A stretch of DNA of 44,559 nt from Octopus sinensis (Eukaryota). The translations under genes and the position numbers were made by a program. The number at the start of each line of letters is the position of its first letter. Positions within the stretch are counted from its first letter, which is position 1. Shown here piece after piece: positions 11,650-22,920 of the stretch. The stretch lies in contig NW_021834927.1 in the NCBI RefSeq assembly GCF_006345805.1, positions 1 to 44,559 of the forward strand, in the 5' to 3' direction. A model generated the notes under the pieces. It worked only from the letters and a program-made list of their open reading frames with translations, had not been told where the DNA came from and did not search any database.

Positions 11650-12252
11650 CTTAATTATTAGGGTTCAGCAAAGATTTGCTTTACCACATTCCGAAGTTTA
11701 GAAATAGCAGCCAGAAACCTTAGCTATTTCTTCTACTTTAAAAAGGGACTCCCAGAGAAACCAAAGTACGTGAAAACAATCCGCAGAGGCAGAGAGGTAA
11801 AGTAACGAAAATCAATCAATATCTGGTCATCCATGGACGCCCGTTTCGGAATTAGATCGATATAAAGAATGTAGAATTATACTTTACCAACCATTTTCCT
11901 CATCAGCATGGCACCCCAGCAATAATTAAATATTGAAATATTAAATTCGAAGGTACTGGAATAATTGAACATATCTCTCCACCTAACGGTATTGGACAGG
12001 TCATAGTCAGTGTTAATACCGCCGAATTCAAAATATGAATGACGTTCACTTACCTTCCCCTGCCCATCCGCTTGTGTCTTCAAGTAAAATACTACAGAAA
12101 TTCATGCCGAATTCTACTTGGTGTAATAATTGATTACTTCTTAATTAATTAATTTTACCCTTTGTTATTATATATATATATATATATATTTACTTTGCCA
12201 CATACTGAAATTTTGTGGCAAAGTAAATTATTTTACTGAGCCCTAATTATAT
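11650..12252 (-). mobile_element. ~600-bp non-coding PLE-derived element carrying an intact hammerhead
   Basis: Imperfect inverted ends (attagggttcagcaaagatttgctttaccaca vs the reverse complement of 12215-12250); GAAG|GTAAGT donor at ~12050 upstream of the ribozyme on the minus strand. Confidence 0.55.
11831..11911 (-). ncRNA. Type I hammerhead ribozyme, canonical core, GUC cleavage site
   Basis: CCAUG-CUGAUGA-GGAA-(44 nt)-UUCC-GAAAC-GGGC-GUC-CAUGG; all core nucleotides present and stems I, II and III pair. Confidence 0.85.
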
Positions 12253-12398
12253 AACGTAATATTTTGAAAAAGCCTTGAATGGTCCTTTTACATACTGAAC
12301 ACTACTTGGTGAAATTAATTAATAATTAATTGATTTTACCCTTATTATCGATAATATATATATATTATATATATAAATATATATATATATATATAATA

Positions 12399-12440
<42 letters not shown>

Positions 12441-12664
12441 GTGTGTGTGTGTGTATGTATGTATATAAATATATATACATATATATACATACATATACAT
12501 ATATAGACACCGGTAGATGGAGAAACGTACAGAATATGCAGGCATACATACTTTTATACATATAACTTTATATTTCTATAAACACACACACACACAGATA
12601 TATATATATATATATATATAATATATATGTTCATACACATAATCACTCATCTTGTGCAGTTATG

Positions 12665-12912
12665 TAGCAATGCAAAGGTGTTTTGGTACTGTTTATTTCA
12701 ACACTACAGCTGCCATATTTAAAATATTTATACACACATCACCAAAGTGTTCGGTGCACGTCTTAAATTTAACAAGCTTCCAAACTAAATAGAGAAATCA
12801 CATTGTTTCATGTTCTCATTATATTTCAGTTATCTTGGAGTTTCATCTCATCTTCCAGATTTGTTTGAAGGAGAAAATGTATTTTAGATTTTATCTGTTT
12901 TAAATTTAGATT
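12665..12912 (+). repeat. ~250-bp dispersed direct repeat, copy 1
   Basis: Near-identical to 18512-18759. Confidence 0.9.
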
Positions 12913-13214
12913 TTCCTAACACCGTACATATTATAAGCAAAGATAAATGCACACATGCATATATACATACATACATGCATGCAAATATATATGTATGTAA
13001 ATGTATGTATGTATGTTTGTGTGCGTATTTATTTAGGGACAACTGCAGCATGGAATTGTGTCGGTGCCAGCGTGTAGCATACATAATACAGGAAAACGTA
13101 ATATTTCATATAATTAACTCTTTCTGAATTATTGCAGCAAATGTGTTACTGTCCACACAAATATATATGCGACTGCGCCTGTGTGCATGTATACGTATAT
13201 ATGTGTATGTAAAC

Positions 13215-13220
13215 TACGTG

Positions 13221-13258
<38 letters not shown>

Positions 13259-13355
13259 CTATCTATCTATCTATCTATCTATCTTATATATATATATATA
13301 TTATATATAGATATATAATATTATTATATATATATCTATATATATATATATATAA
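13215..13355. repeat. (TCTA)n/(TA)n microsatellite
   Basis: Directly visible. Confidence 0.95.
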
Positions 13356-13359
13356 TGTT

Positions 13360-13560
13360 AATCCAAACAAGAAAACACAAAAAAACCCAGCAACGCGAGG
13401 ACGTGGAACAATAAAGTATTATTGGACGCTCAGGAAGAAGGGAAGAAGGAGGGTTAATGTTTCGAGCGGTGCTCTTCGTCGGAACATAGGAGAAGGAAGA
13501 TCCAGAGAAGGGAAGACAGAGGAAAAAAATCGCCGGCGGTACTGACGAGGTCCCCCCACA
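13360..13560 (-). mobile_element. PLE-type terminal-repeat fragment with decayed hammerhead
   Basis: Minus strand ccgacga-a-gagc-acc-gctc-gaaac; shares caacgcgaggac...aaagtatt..gacgctcag with 42740-42940 and 17296-17431. Confidence 0.6.
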
Positions 13561-13659
13561 TACATACATATATATATATATATACATATATATATGTATG
13601 TGTGTGTGTGTGTCTGTGTGTCTGTGTGTGTGTGTGTGTGTGTGTATTCATACACAAAT

Positions 13660-14932
13660 GAAGGACTCTCCCGTCGTTAGACCACGTATGAGGTTTGGAC
13701 AGTTTCTTACCGACACGGCTCCAAAAGCCTTCAATATCACTGAAGCTTTCAACCTCTTCTCCATATTCCTCCCCAACATCGCTTGTGGCCACATCCTCCG
13801 CCATCTCCCACGCCTCATTCAAGCAAAAGGTGTGTGCCGTGTCGTCGTCGCCCGTCCACAAGCGATATTCCTCGTTGATTACCTGCAGCGTACGCAACAC
13901 GGGCAACGTTATGACCTTCTCAGCTATATGCGGAGGCCATTTAGCATCCCATGGGCAAGCTAAAGGTACTCCCTTGGGGACGCGATAGTCACTTCTATTG
14001 TCGGCGGCACAATACCCACCGACAGTGTCTCTTCCCCTGCCGGGCGCACAACCCCCACCGACGATGTTCTGGGACATTCCGGTACTATGTTACCGACTGT
14101 CGGCAATGTCCCGTTTCTCTTCCCTCTTCCTCTGCTTTTCCTCTCATCTGAGTAAGCGTGCGTCTCCTTCGTGACCGGGAGATTCGCCTTCCCTCCCTCA
14201 TCCCTAGGATCCTTCGGTGAGCATCCATTGTTGCTCACCTTCTTCCTCTTGAGGCCCTTCTATGAGAAGTCCTCCGCCTTCTCGGCCGCCTTCGTTCCCT
14301 CTTCTACAGAGGTCTCAACCAACTGCTCCAAGCTTAGTTTGCTCCTGGGGACAGTTTTTCTTTATATGGCCAGGCTCCAGGCACCGATGACACCTGCGGG
14401 GGGGGGGCACTATAAAGTATCACCGGGTACCTGCACAAGGCCATTTTCAAAAATTCTGGTAAAACCAGATTGGCTGATTGGGTCCACAGCTTTTGACCCA
14501 ACCGAATCAGCCGCAGGAAAAACTATCACATTAAGGAGCTTGGCTCCGCTGCCACCCAGAAATTGGCAGATATTCTCCTCTATCCACTTGGGTTTTATCC
14601 CGGGTGGCAACCCTCAGACCTAAGCTCTTGTCATCCTCTTCCCACAATACGTGGGAAGAAACAAAATTTCTTTGCCTTCTAAGGGATGGCTCGCAAATTT
14701 ACGAGCCTCTTCAAGGGTGTCAAATAACAACACCGTTGCGTATTTGACCCCCACTGGAAATAAATTTAATAGTTGCCAACTCCTTTTTAATTACTGCCTT
14801 TTCAAATATGGCGATGGCGTCGAGCGTCTTGGAGTATGTCCTCAACACCACCGTCCTCTCTTCAAGGTCTTTCAACCACTGTTTGGGTGGTATAATTTCC
14901 CACAGCAAAATATTGTCCTTTTTCATTGCCAT
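13660..14932 (-). pseudogene. L1/Tx1-clade non-LTR retrotransposon ORF1 relic
   Basis: MAMKKDNILL...FDTLEEARKFASHPL...PTYCGKRMTR...GLPPGIKPKWI resembles RRM-like Tx1 ORF1; basic/acidic C-terminus; frameshifts and stops; no ORF2 attached. Confidence 0.6.
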
Positions 14933-15466
14933 GTTTGTCTTTTGGTAATAACAGTTAGAAAATAATTCAAAATAAAACTTAAAAAGAAAGAAGGAAAAGA
15001 AAACAATTCACGAAAAAAGAAAGTCAAAAAAAGTTTAGAAGAAAGAAATTCATTAGTTCAAAAATATAGCAAAAAAGTCTTCCGGCCACTAGGTACTCCC
15101 GGCTAACGTCGAACCCGGAACGCCACAACTGGAACACAATTTCAACAAAAACTAGTATACAAGTCATTCAATCTCCGGAGAGAAAGACTTCCCAAAATAC
15201 TCAAAAGTGAACAAATTTTTAGGGGCACGATACGCCCCCAAGCAACAATTTCAGAATTAAGTGAGAACAAAATATTCACTTAACGTCAACCACTTTTGCT
15301 CAGCTGCAGGCAGACCAGAGTTTAGAATCCAGTGAGGACCTCTTGCCTGTACAAAAATAATTACCGCAAACAACAAACCTCCACTGGACCCAAAAAACAA
15401 AAGTCTTACCTTACAATTGAGCTTCTTTTTTCACCAGCTGTACACAACTTGACCACTTCTAATTTA

Positions 15467-15521
<55 letters not shown>

Positions 15522-16809
15522 TATATATATATATGATGTGTGCGCGTGTATGTGTGTATGTGTGTGTGTGCGCGTATGTATTCGTGTCTGTGCTTATAAA
15601 TACAGATTCATTCGCTCTAAACTACACACATTGCGCACTTTCCCTTCGTTACACTCGCAAATGCACAGAAACGAACAGAAACTCACGATTGTGTACAAGA
15701 GCTCACTACTCTTATTGAATATAAAAAATTATTTAGAATGGAAGTTGTAACATTCAAAAGCTGCCAGAGACTATCAGTTTCATCCCAATTACGAATCATG
15801 AGACGAGCGAGCAACAGATTGATAAATACTTATTTATACATTTATCGGGTTTGATTAGCGTTCTATTGAGTGGAGCGGGTGGGATATTTCAGAGTGGGAC
15901 ATTTCTCGTATTTTTCCCCCTTTCTATCTCTTGACGAATGTGCTGTGTGCGTTGGTGTCTTCACATTTATGTGGATGTGCGTGTGTTGCGAAGACGCGTA
16001 TTTTTGTCGAGACGAAACTGTAATTCTTGTAAAAATGAAATGTTTGCACATGTGGCTTCGTTTACGGTCGCAGTTATTACAAGGGAGATAATCGTTTTGT
16101 CACACTATGAAGAAGATTATAAATATGCTTAGAAATAATACATCCATTTGTTTTTCTGTTTATTTGCAGGAGAAGAGAGACTCTATAAGAAGAATGAATA
16201 CGCGTTAGAAAGAAAGGAAAGCAAGGAGTAAAGAAAGAAAGAATGACTGAACGGAAAAAAGAAGCATAAGATTCCAAGATGGAGGACTACAAGCCGAACA
16301 GACGAACAACAAATTCAAATAGGTCTTTTTCGCCTTCATCTCTTTCTTCGTCTGCTTTCTCTACCCACCCCTCCTCCTCCTCCTCATCTTTGTTTCCCGC
16401 CTTTTCTTCCTCCTCATCATTGATTCGGTTATTTATATGGAAGAGAAAAGTAAGCAAAAATTATTTACCGAAGATAAATTAAAAGTTTGGCTTCAGTGTT
16501 TTTCATGTAAATATCATTGCGGTCACCGAGGGGTCAGTGGAATAACTACATTTTTTGAGAGTGGGTATGAAGTGTAGGACATAAGGTTGGGCTTGAAGGT
16601 AGATGCTGTTTTGCGAGGTGGTTTCATGAGTGGAGGTGGGGGTGGGTCGAGTGCATGTGGTTTTGGAAGTGGCTACACTGTTAGGTGTAGAAGCACTCAA
16701 AACACGCACGAACTCGCAGAGACGAACAATCACCAACATACAGGAATACCAACAGACAAACCTACATTAATACACACACACAGACACACACAGACACACA
16801 GACACACAC

Positions 16810-16850
<41 letters not shown>

Positions 16851-16859
16851 AATGAGATA

Positions 16860-17350
16860 AAAACGCAATAGAGGCCAATAAAACATTCGGACAGATAGAC
16901 GATACAAGGCGAACAAGAGAAACAACAATTAGAAGGACAGGCAAAAAAGACGGGTCGTTCGTGGCCTTCTTTCTTCAGTCAAGTCCCAGAAGTCCCAACC
17001 GTTTAGGGAAGTTATTGAGATGGTTCGGTCTGGTTGCCCTAAGAGCATTGGACCCCTTTGTAAGAACGCTAGAGAATGTATACGGCAACAAATACAAAAC
17101 ACGGAGAACATGGTACACAATTACGAATACAAACAAGAAAATAACAACAGGTGTCTTTCGATTGAGAACGAATCAAATTGGGCTGGCGTGTATGAAGTGA
17201 AAGTCTAAAGGCAGGAATATGGGAGATGGACACAAGAGGTGTCGACGGTCGGCCGTGAAGCCAAAAAAGAGAGATCATGGCTGGCCATCTAAAAGGACGA
17301 AGAAAAAAACAACAACGCGAGGACATGGTACTTGCAAAGTATTAATAAGT
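16860..17350 (-). mobile_element. Probable PLE-derived non-coding element
   Basis: Begins with the ttaatactttgc...gtcctcgcgttgttg family motif and contains a decayed ctgaagaa...gaac...gtc core at ~16948-16980. Confidence 0.4.
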
Positions 17351-17735
17351 ATATATATATATATATATATATATACACTTATTAATACTTTGCTAGTACC
17401 ATGTCCTCGCGTTGTTGTTTTTTTCTTCGTCTGTATATATATACATATATATATATGTTTTTATTTGGGAGACCCAGCTGGCGCTGTTTATATATATGTA
17501 TGTATATGTGTATGTGTTTGTGTGTGTCGTTCAAAACTGTATAAAAAAACAACAAAAAAAACGAACGTTGTTGTTTTTTTCTTCGTCCTTTTAGATGGCC
17601 ATCATGATCTCTCTTTTTTGGCTTCACTGCCGACCGTCAACACCTCTTGTGTCCATCTCCCATATTCCTGCCTTTAGACTTTCACTTCATACACGCCAGC
17701 TCAATTTGATTCGTTCTCAATCGAAAGACACCTGT
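17147..17735. repeat. Nested inverted repeat: ~170-bp outer arms plus 55-bp inner arms around (TA)n
   Basis: 17147-17317 vs 17566-17735 about 97% identical; 17296-17350 vs 17377-17431 has one mismatch. Confidence 0.95.
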
Positions 17736-18511
17736 GAAAGACAGTGACAGGTGAGGGTACAATAAACAAGGTGTGTTAGCTTGACTCTAAGGAAAAATGG
17801 AAGAGTGACATTTCAAGCCTACGCTTTTCTACAGAAACGAATGAGGAAAGAAAATATGGAGAGAGGAAACAAAAAAAGACGGGAGAGCATAAACGTGTCA
17901 GGATAAATGTTTTCACCTGTTGAATTGACCAAGAGGTTTGGTGACGACGCGACGACCGTTGCCTTGGCTGAAGTGCGTGTGCGCAAGCGCGCGTGTGTAT
18001 GTGAGAGTAATGTGATTCGGTGTGTGTGAACGAGAGCATGTGTATATGTGTGTTGGGATGCATGTGCATGCGTATAAAGGTCATGTGTGTCAATGGAAGC
18101 GTGCATGTGTATGCGTGTTTGTTTAGGGGTGTGAGTAATCAAGTGCGTGCGCCTGTGTGGAGAGATGTGTGCGTGTGAGCTCCGTGTATTTATATTTGCG
18201 TGTATGTGTGAAAGTGTGTAGATGTGTGGAAGTGTGTAGATGTCTGGGTGAAGCTGTCTAACGTATGTGGAGGTCACCAGATGTGTATGTGTGTGTGTTG
18301 AAATGCATATGGGTTGCGCGTCTACACATTGTGCATGTAGCGTGTGCGTGCGTGCGTGTTACTTTGTAATCTTTTTACCTGTGTCTGCGTAAAAGAAAGT
18401 CGGATGTTTGTGTGTGGATATGTGTGTGCGTGTATATTATGTATATTTATGTGTAAATAGTGTGAGTATTTATGTATATACACACAAAACCACACGCATA
18501 CTGCGAGTATT

Positions 18512-18759
18512 TAGCAATGCAAAGGTGTTTTGGTACTGTTTATTTCAACACTACAGCTGCCATATTTAAAATATTTATACACACATCACCAAAACTCTCG
18601 GTGCACGTCTTAAATTTAACAAGCTTCCAAACTAAATAGAGAAATCATATTGTTTCATGTTCTCATTATATTTCAGTTATCTTGGAGTTTCATCTCATCT
18701 TTCAGATTTGTTTGAAGGAGAAAATGTATTTTGGATTTTATCTGTTTTTAAATCTAGAT
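18512..18759 (+). repeat. ~250-bp dispersed direct repeat, copy 2
   Basis: Near-identical to 12665-12912. Confidence 0.9.
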
Positions 18760-18803
18760 ATTTTTAGCACAAAACTAGAGCCATACAGCATACACATACA
18801 CAC

Positions 18804-18883
<80 letters not shown>

Positions 18884-18986
18884 ATCCGTTTATCAATGGA
18901 AACAACAAATAAACAGCAATGATAATAATAATAATAATAAAAATAAAAATAATAATAATAATAATAATAAATAATGGATGATGATG

Positions 18987-19044
<58 letters not shown>

Positions 19045-19046
<2 letters not shown>

Positions 19047-19599
19047 GCTCTGATGCAGTACCAGGCAGTGGCTCTCATGGCTTCTGATCTTAACTGATTG
19101 GAAGTGTTATCATGTACATTGTTTTGTCTTGGTATAAAAGATGGGCTACAGCAAATATTCTGCTCAATACCACAGATTTGCTTGTCAGTTGTTTGACCTT
19201 AACCAGTTGAGCATGTCCCTTAGTGGCTGACGATATGTGCATCTCTGATCACGAGCAGAAGTAGTGGGGGAGCATCATAGCCATGTGTTGAGAGGGATTC
19301 TTTCGGGTTTGAATAGTTCACCTCTGGAAACATGGGTGGTTCTTTCAACATCCTTAAACAACCCTTATTCAGGGACCGTTTGAGCGGGATGGTTACTCAA
19401 CCTGAAGAAAATTCTAACTGGGCCCCACCTGCAAGGTCATGTGCTGTTTATCTTGATATGAGATCACCATGTCGCGCACATATGGTTGTGATGCATGTGC
19501 CTGGTGTACCTTTATCAGACGGGTAGTCATGATGGGTATATTGGGCTTCGTATATTTTACCCCAGTGTCACTTTGATGGCATGAACTGCTCTCTCACTC

Positions 19600-19600
<1 letters not shown>
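19045..19600. mobile_element. ~555-bp unclassified non-coding element inserted in (AAT)n
   Basis: Discrete complex-sequence block with sharp ends and long (AAT)n on both sides; no ORF. Confidence 0.55.
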
Positions 19601-19635
<35 letters not shown>

Positions 19636-19671
19636 TAATAATAATAATATGATATGATGATAATAATAATA

Positions 19672-19740
<69 letters not shown>

Positions 19741-19741
<1 letters not shown>

Positions 19742-22628
19742 TTGAATATTTGAAAAACCTTAAGGCTCACAAGACTACCAAACCTACAAAAACCCAAAAA
19801 TTACTGAAAAAATACAATATGAAAACTATACTTGATATTGATGCCACCATAGAAACCATCAAACAAAAGGTATCTGCCAAAGCTGCCCGCATAGCGAGGT
19901 ATGAAAAGCGTGTTAGATTTTTCAAGGACAACAACATGTTCAAAAATAACACCAAGAATTTTACAGGAAGATAGGAAAAACAGCGTTTACTGCAGGGTCT
20001 GTACCATCAAAAGAAGAAGTGCAGAGATTTTTGAATAAAATCTGGGCAGAAGAAAAACAACACAACGAAAAGGCCCCCTGGATTGACAGAATATCTACAG
20101 AACTGGACCCCTTAGAAGAGCAAAAGTGGGAGGGTGTCAAGGTAGAAGATATAAGATCTGCTCTCAGGAGGTCAAGCAAATGGAAGTCTCCAGAAAGGAT
20201 AAAATTCCTAACTTCTGGCTGAATGCCTTCCCAGAGAGCCATGAACTGCTAACAGAACTGTACAATGATGTTTTGCAACACCCTAGTAGGATGCCTCCTT
20301 GGCTAGTTAATGGTTAACATTCCTGCTTCCAAAAAGTGAAGAAACAAATGAACCAAAAAACTATAGACCCATAACCTGCTTAACAACTATGTACAAAACA
20401 CTAACATCTGTCTTGACGGAATATACCTATAGTTTTTTAAACAGACAGCAGCATATTCCCTAATGAACAGAAAGGATGTAAACGTGGATCCTACGGCTGT
20501 AAAGACCAACTACTCATCAATAAGATGATCTTAGAAGATTGTCACAAACGACACAAAAACTTATCAATAGCCTGGATAGACTATAAAAAGGCTTTTGATA
20601 GCCTACCACATAGCTGGATTAGGAAATGCCTTGAAATGTATAAGATAGCACCAACTCTGCGAAACTTCTTGACTGTAAGTATGAGATCATGGAGAACCAC
20701 ACTAACTCTGAACAGTGACAGTGAATCCCTAAATGCTGGTGATGTAAAAATTTCGTGTGGCATTTTCCAGGGTGACTCACTATCACCACTCCTCTTTTGT
20801 TTATCCTTAATACCTCTCTCAAGGCTGCTCAATGACGCGCAGTACGGGTATAAAATTTGATAAAAATATAAATCATCTCGTTTACATGGATGATTTAAAG
20901 CGTTTTGCAAAAAATGATCAACAACTCAAGGGCTTACTAGCGATAGTCAAACAATTCAGTGACGACATAGAATGCAATTCGGCCTCGATAAATGTGCAAA
21001 GGCTACGTTTATCAGGAAAAATGACAGAAACATCTAACGTTAACCTTGACCAACAGAATGTCATAAAAGAACTAGACCCAGCGGAGAGCTACAAGTACCT
21101 AGGGGTAATTGAAGGGAACGGAATAGGCATTCAGAGATGAAGGAAAGGATCAGGAGAGAATGCTATCGAAGAGTGAGAGCAATACTCAAGACAGAGCTGA
21201 ATGCAAGAAACAGGATCGAAGCAATCAATGCATTAGCTATACCAGTCGTGACTTACAGTTTCAATATTGTTAACTGGTCAATTACTGAAATATGTCAGCT
21301 CGACAGAAAATAAGGAAACTGTTAACAATGCATAGAATTCACCACCCTAAGGCAGATACAGAACGACTCTATCTGCCAAGAAAAGAGGGAGGCCGTGGTC
21401 TTTTGCAACTGGCAATAACAATGAAGATTGCTACAATTGGCCTAGACACCTACCTGAAAAACTCTGAGGACTGGATGTTAAAACTTGTCTCAAAACATGA
21501 AAACAAGAAAGCATCATACTCAGTCACAAAACAGGCAAAGGAATATCTAAGTGAATTCCGAATACAACCAATTTCGGAATTAGAGATAGATATACAAGAA
21601 ACAAGCACAGAAAAAGCTAGGCGCATGAAAACCCGTGCCAAAACTGCGGCCTTAGATATTCTGAATAATAAATGGCAAGAAAAACCTCTCTATGGCAAAT
21701 ACCCAAAGAGAGCGAATAATGCAGATATCGACAAAGCCCTGACCCATCAATGGCTAATGGCCTCTGGCTTAAAATCTGAAATAGACGGGTTTATCATAGC
21801 AGCTCAAGATCAATGCCTACCAACAAGAAACTACCAGGCCAACATATTAAAGATCAGAAGCAGTCCAACGTGTCGTGTATGCAAGCGACAAAATGAAACC
21901 ATTGACCATGTGGTCTCCAAGTGCAGTCTTCTAGCGCCTACAGAGTATCTCAACAGGCACGATAGAGCTGCACAATATATTCACTGGGTAATCTGTAAAA
22001 ACCTGGATTTGCCCCATGAAAAAAACTGGTGGGAAGACAAACCACCCCCAGTGCTTGAAAATGACCACATCTCACTCCTCTGGAACTTCACCATTCAAAC
22101 TGACAGGAAGATAGATGCAAATAGGCCAGACATCATATTGAAAGACTTCAAACAAAGAACATGCCTCCTCATTGATATGACTGTCCCAATCGATATACGT
22201 ATCTGTCAAGACCTACCAAAAACTGAGCAAATATAAAGATCTTGAAATGGAAATCAGCAAAATGTGGAAGCTGAAGACTAAAACAATACCTGTTGTCATA
22301 GGTGCCCTGGGAATGATAGCAAAAGGGGCTGATAGCTACCTAACTCAGATACCAGGAAACCCCAAAATGGCAGAAGTTCAAAAGATAGTGCTCATGGGAA
22401 CTGCTCATATCCTTCGCAAAATACTCTCTATGTAATCTCAAGGTTTAAAAAAACAAACATAATTTTCGGTTTAAAAAAAAAAAAAAAAAACTTTTTTTTT
22501 AGACATTCATTAGTACAACATCCCCACCCCCCAAATATATGGCACACTAGGCATAACAACAACATGAACTTCCAACCCTGTTGTCTCTTGAGGTCTCTGG
22601 GTGAGACTTGGAGCCAACTTGTACAAAT
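19741..22628 (+). mobile_element. 5'-truncated R4/Dong-like RLE-type non-LTR retrotransposon (frameshifted RT, CCHC, restriction-like endonuclease)
   Basis: [33 protein letters not shown] motifs; CRVC-x7-H-x4-C knuckle; RHD...PDIIL...IDMTVP; IPVVIGALG; flanked by (AAT)n on both sides. Confidence 0.92.
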
Positions 22629-22629
22629 A

Positions 22630-22649
22630 TAAAGCAAAAGTCAAACATA

Positions 22650-22702
<53 letters not shown>

Positions 22703-22719
22703 TATTAATAATAATAATG

Positions 22720-22754
<35 letters not shown>

Positions 22755-22755
22755 T
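22630..22755. repeat. (AAT)n microsatellite
   Basis: Directly visible. Confidence 0.95.
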
Positions 22756-22920
22756 TTTGTGGAAACTGGGTTCTCGAGGTGGTCATTAATCTCTGCAGTA
22801 AATTTGGGAGCAGTACTTTTGTGATCCTCTCTAGCAGTTCGGTCCCTATCTAAAAGTTTTGGTTTTCTTCCTGAGTTTTTGTTTCGACGAGGAGGTTTTT
22901 CCCTCTGCCTCAATGGCCAT
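22755..22920 (-). pseudogene. Tc1-like transposase N-terminal HTH fragment
   Basis: SGRKPKLLDRDR..REDHKSTAPKFTAEINDHLENPVSTK resembles the Tc1/Tc3 second HTH domain. Confidence 0.7.

Noticed and set aside
13388-13402. acg-tcctcg-cgt motif resembling HDV ribozyme P3/L3
   Set aside because: Loop is 6 nt, and no P1, P1.1 GG or P4 follows
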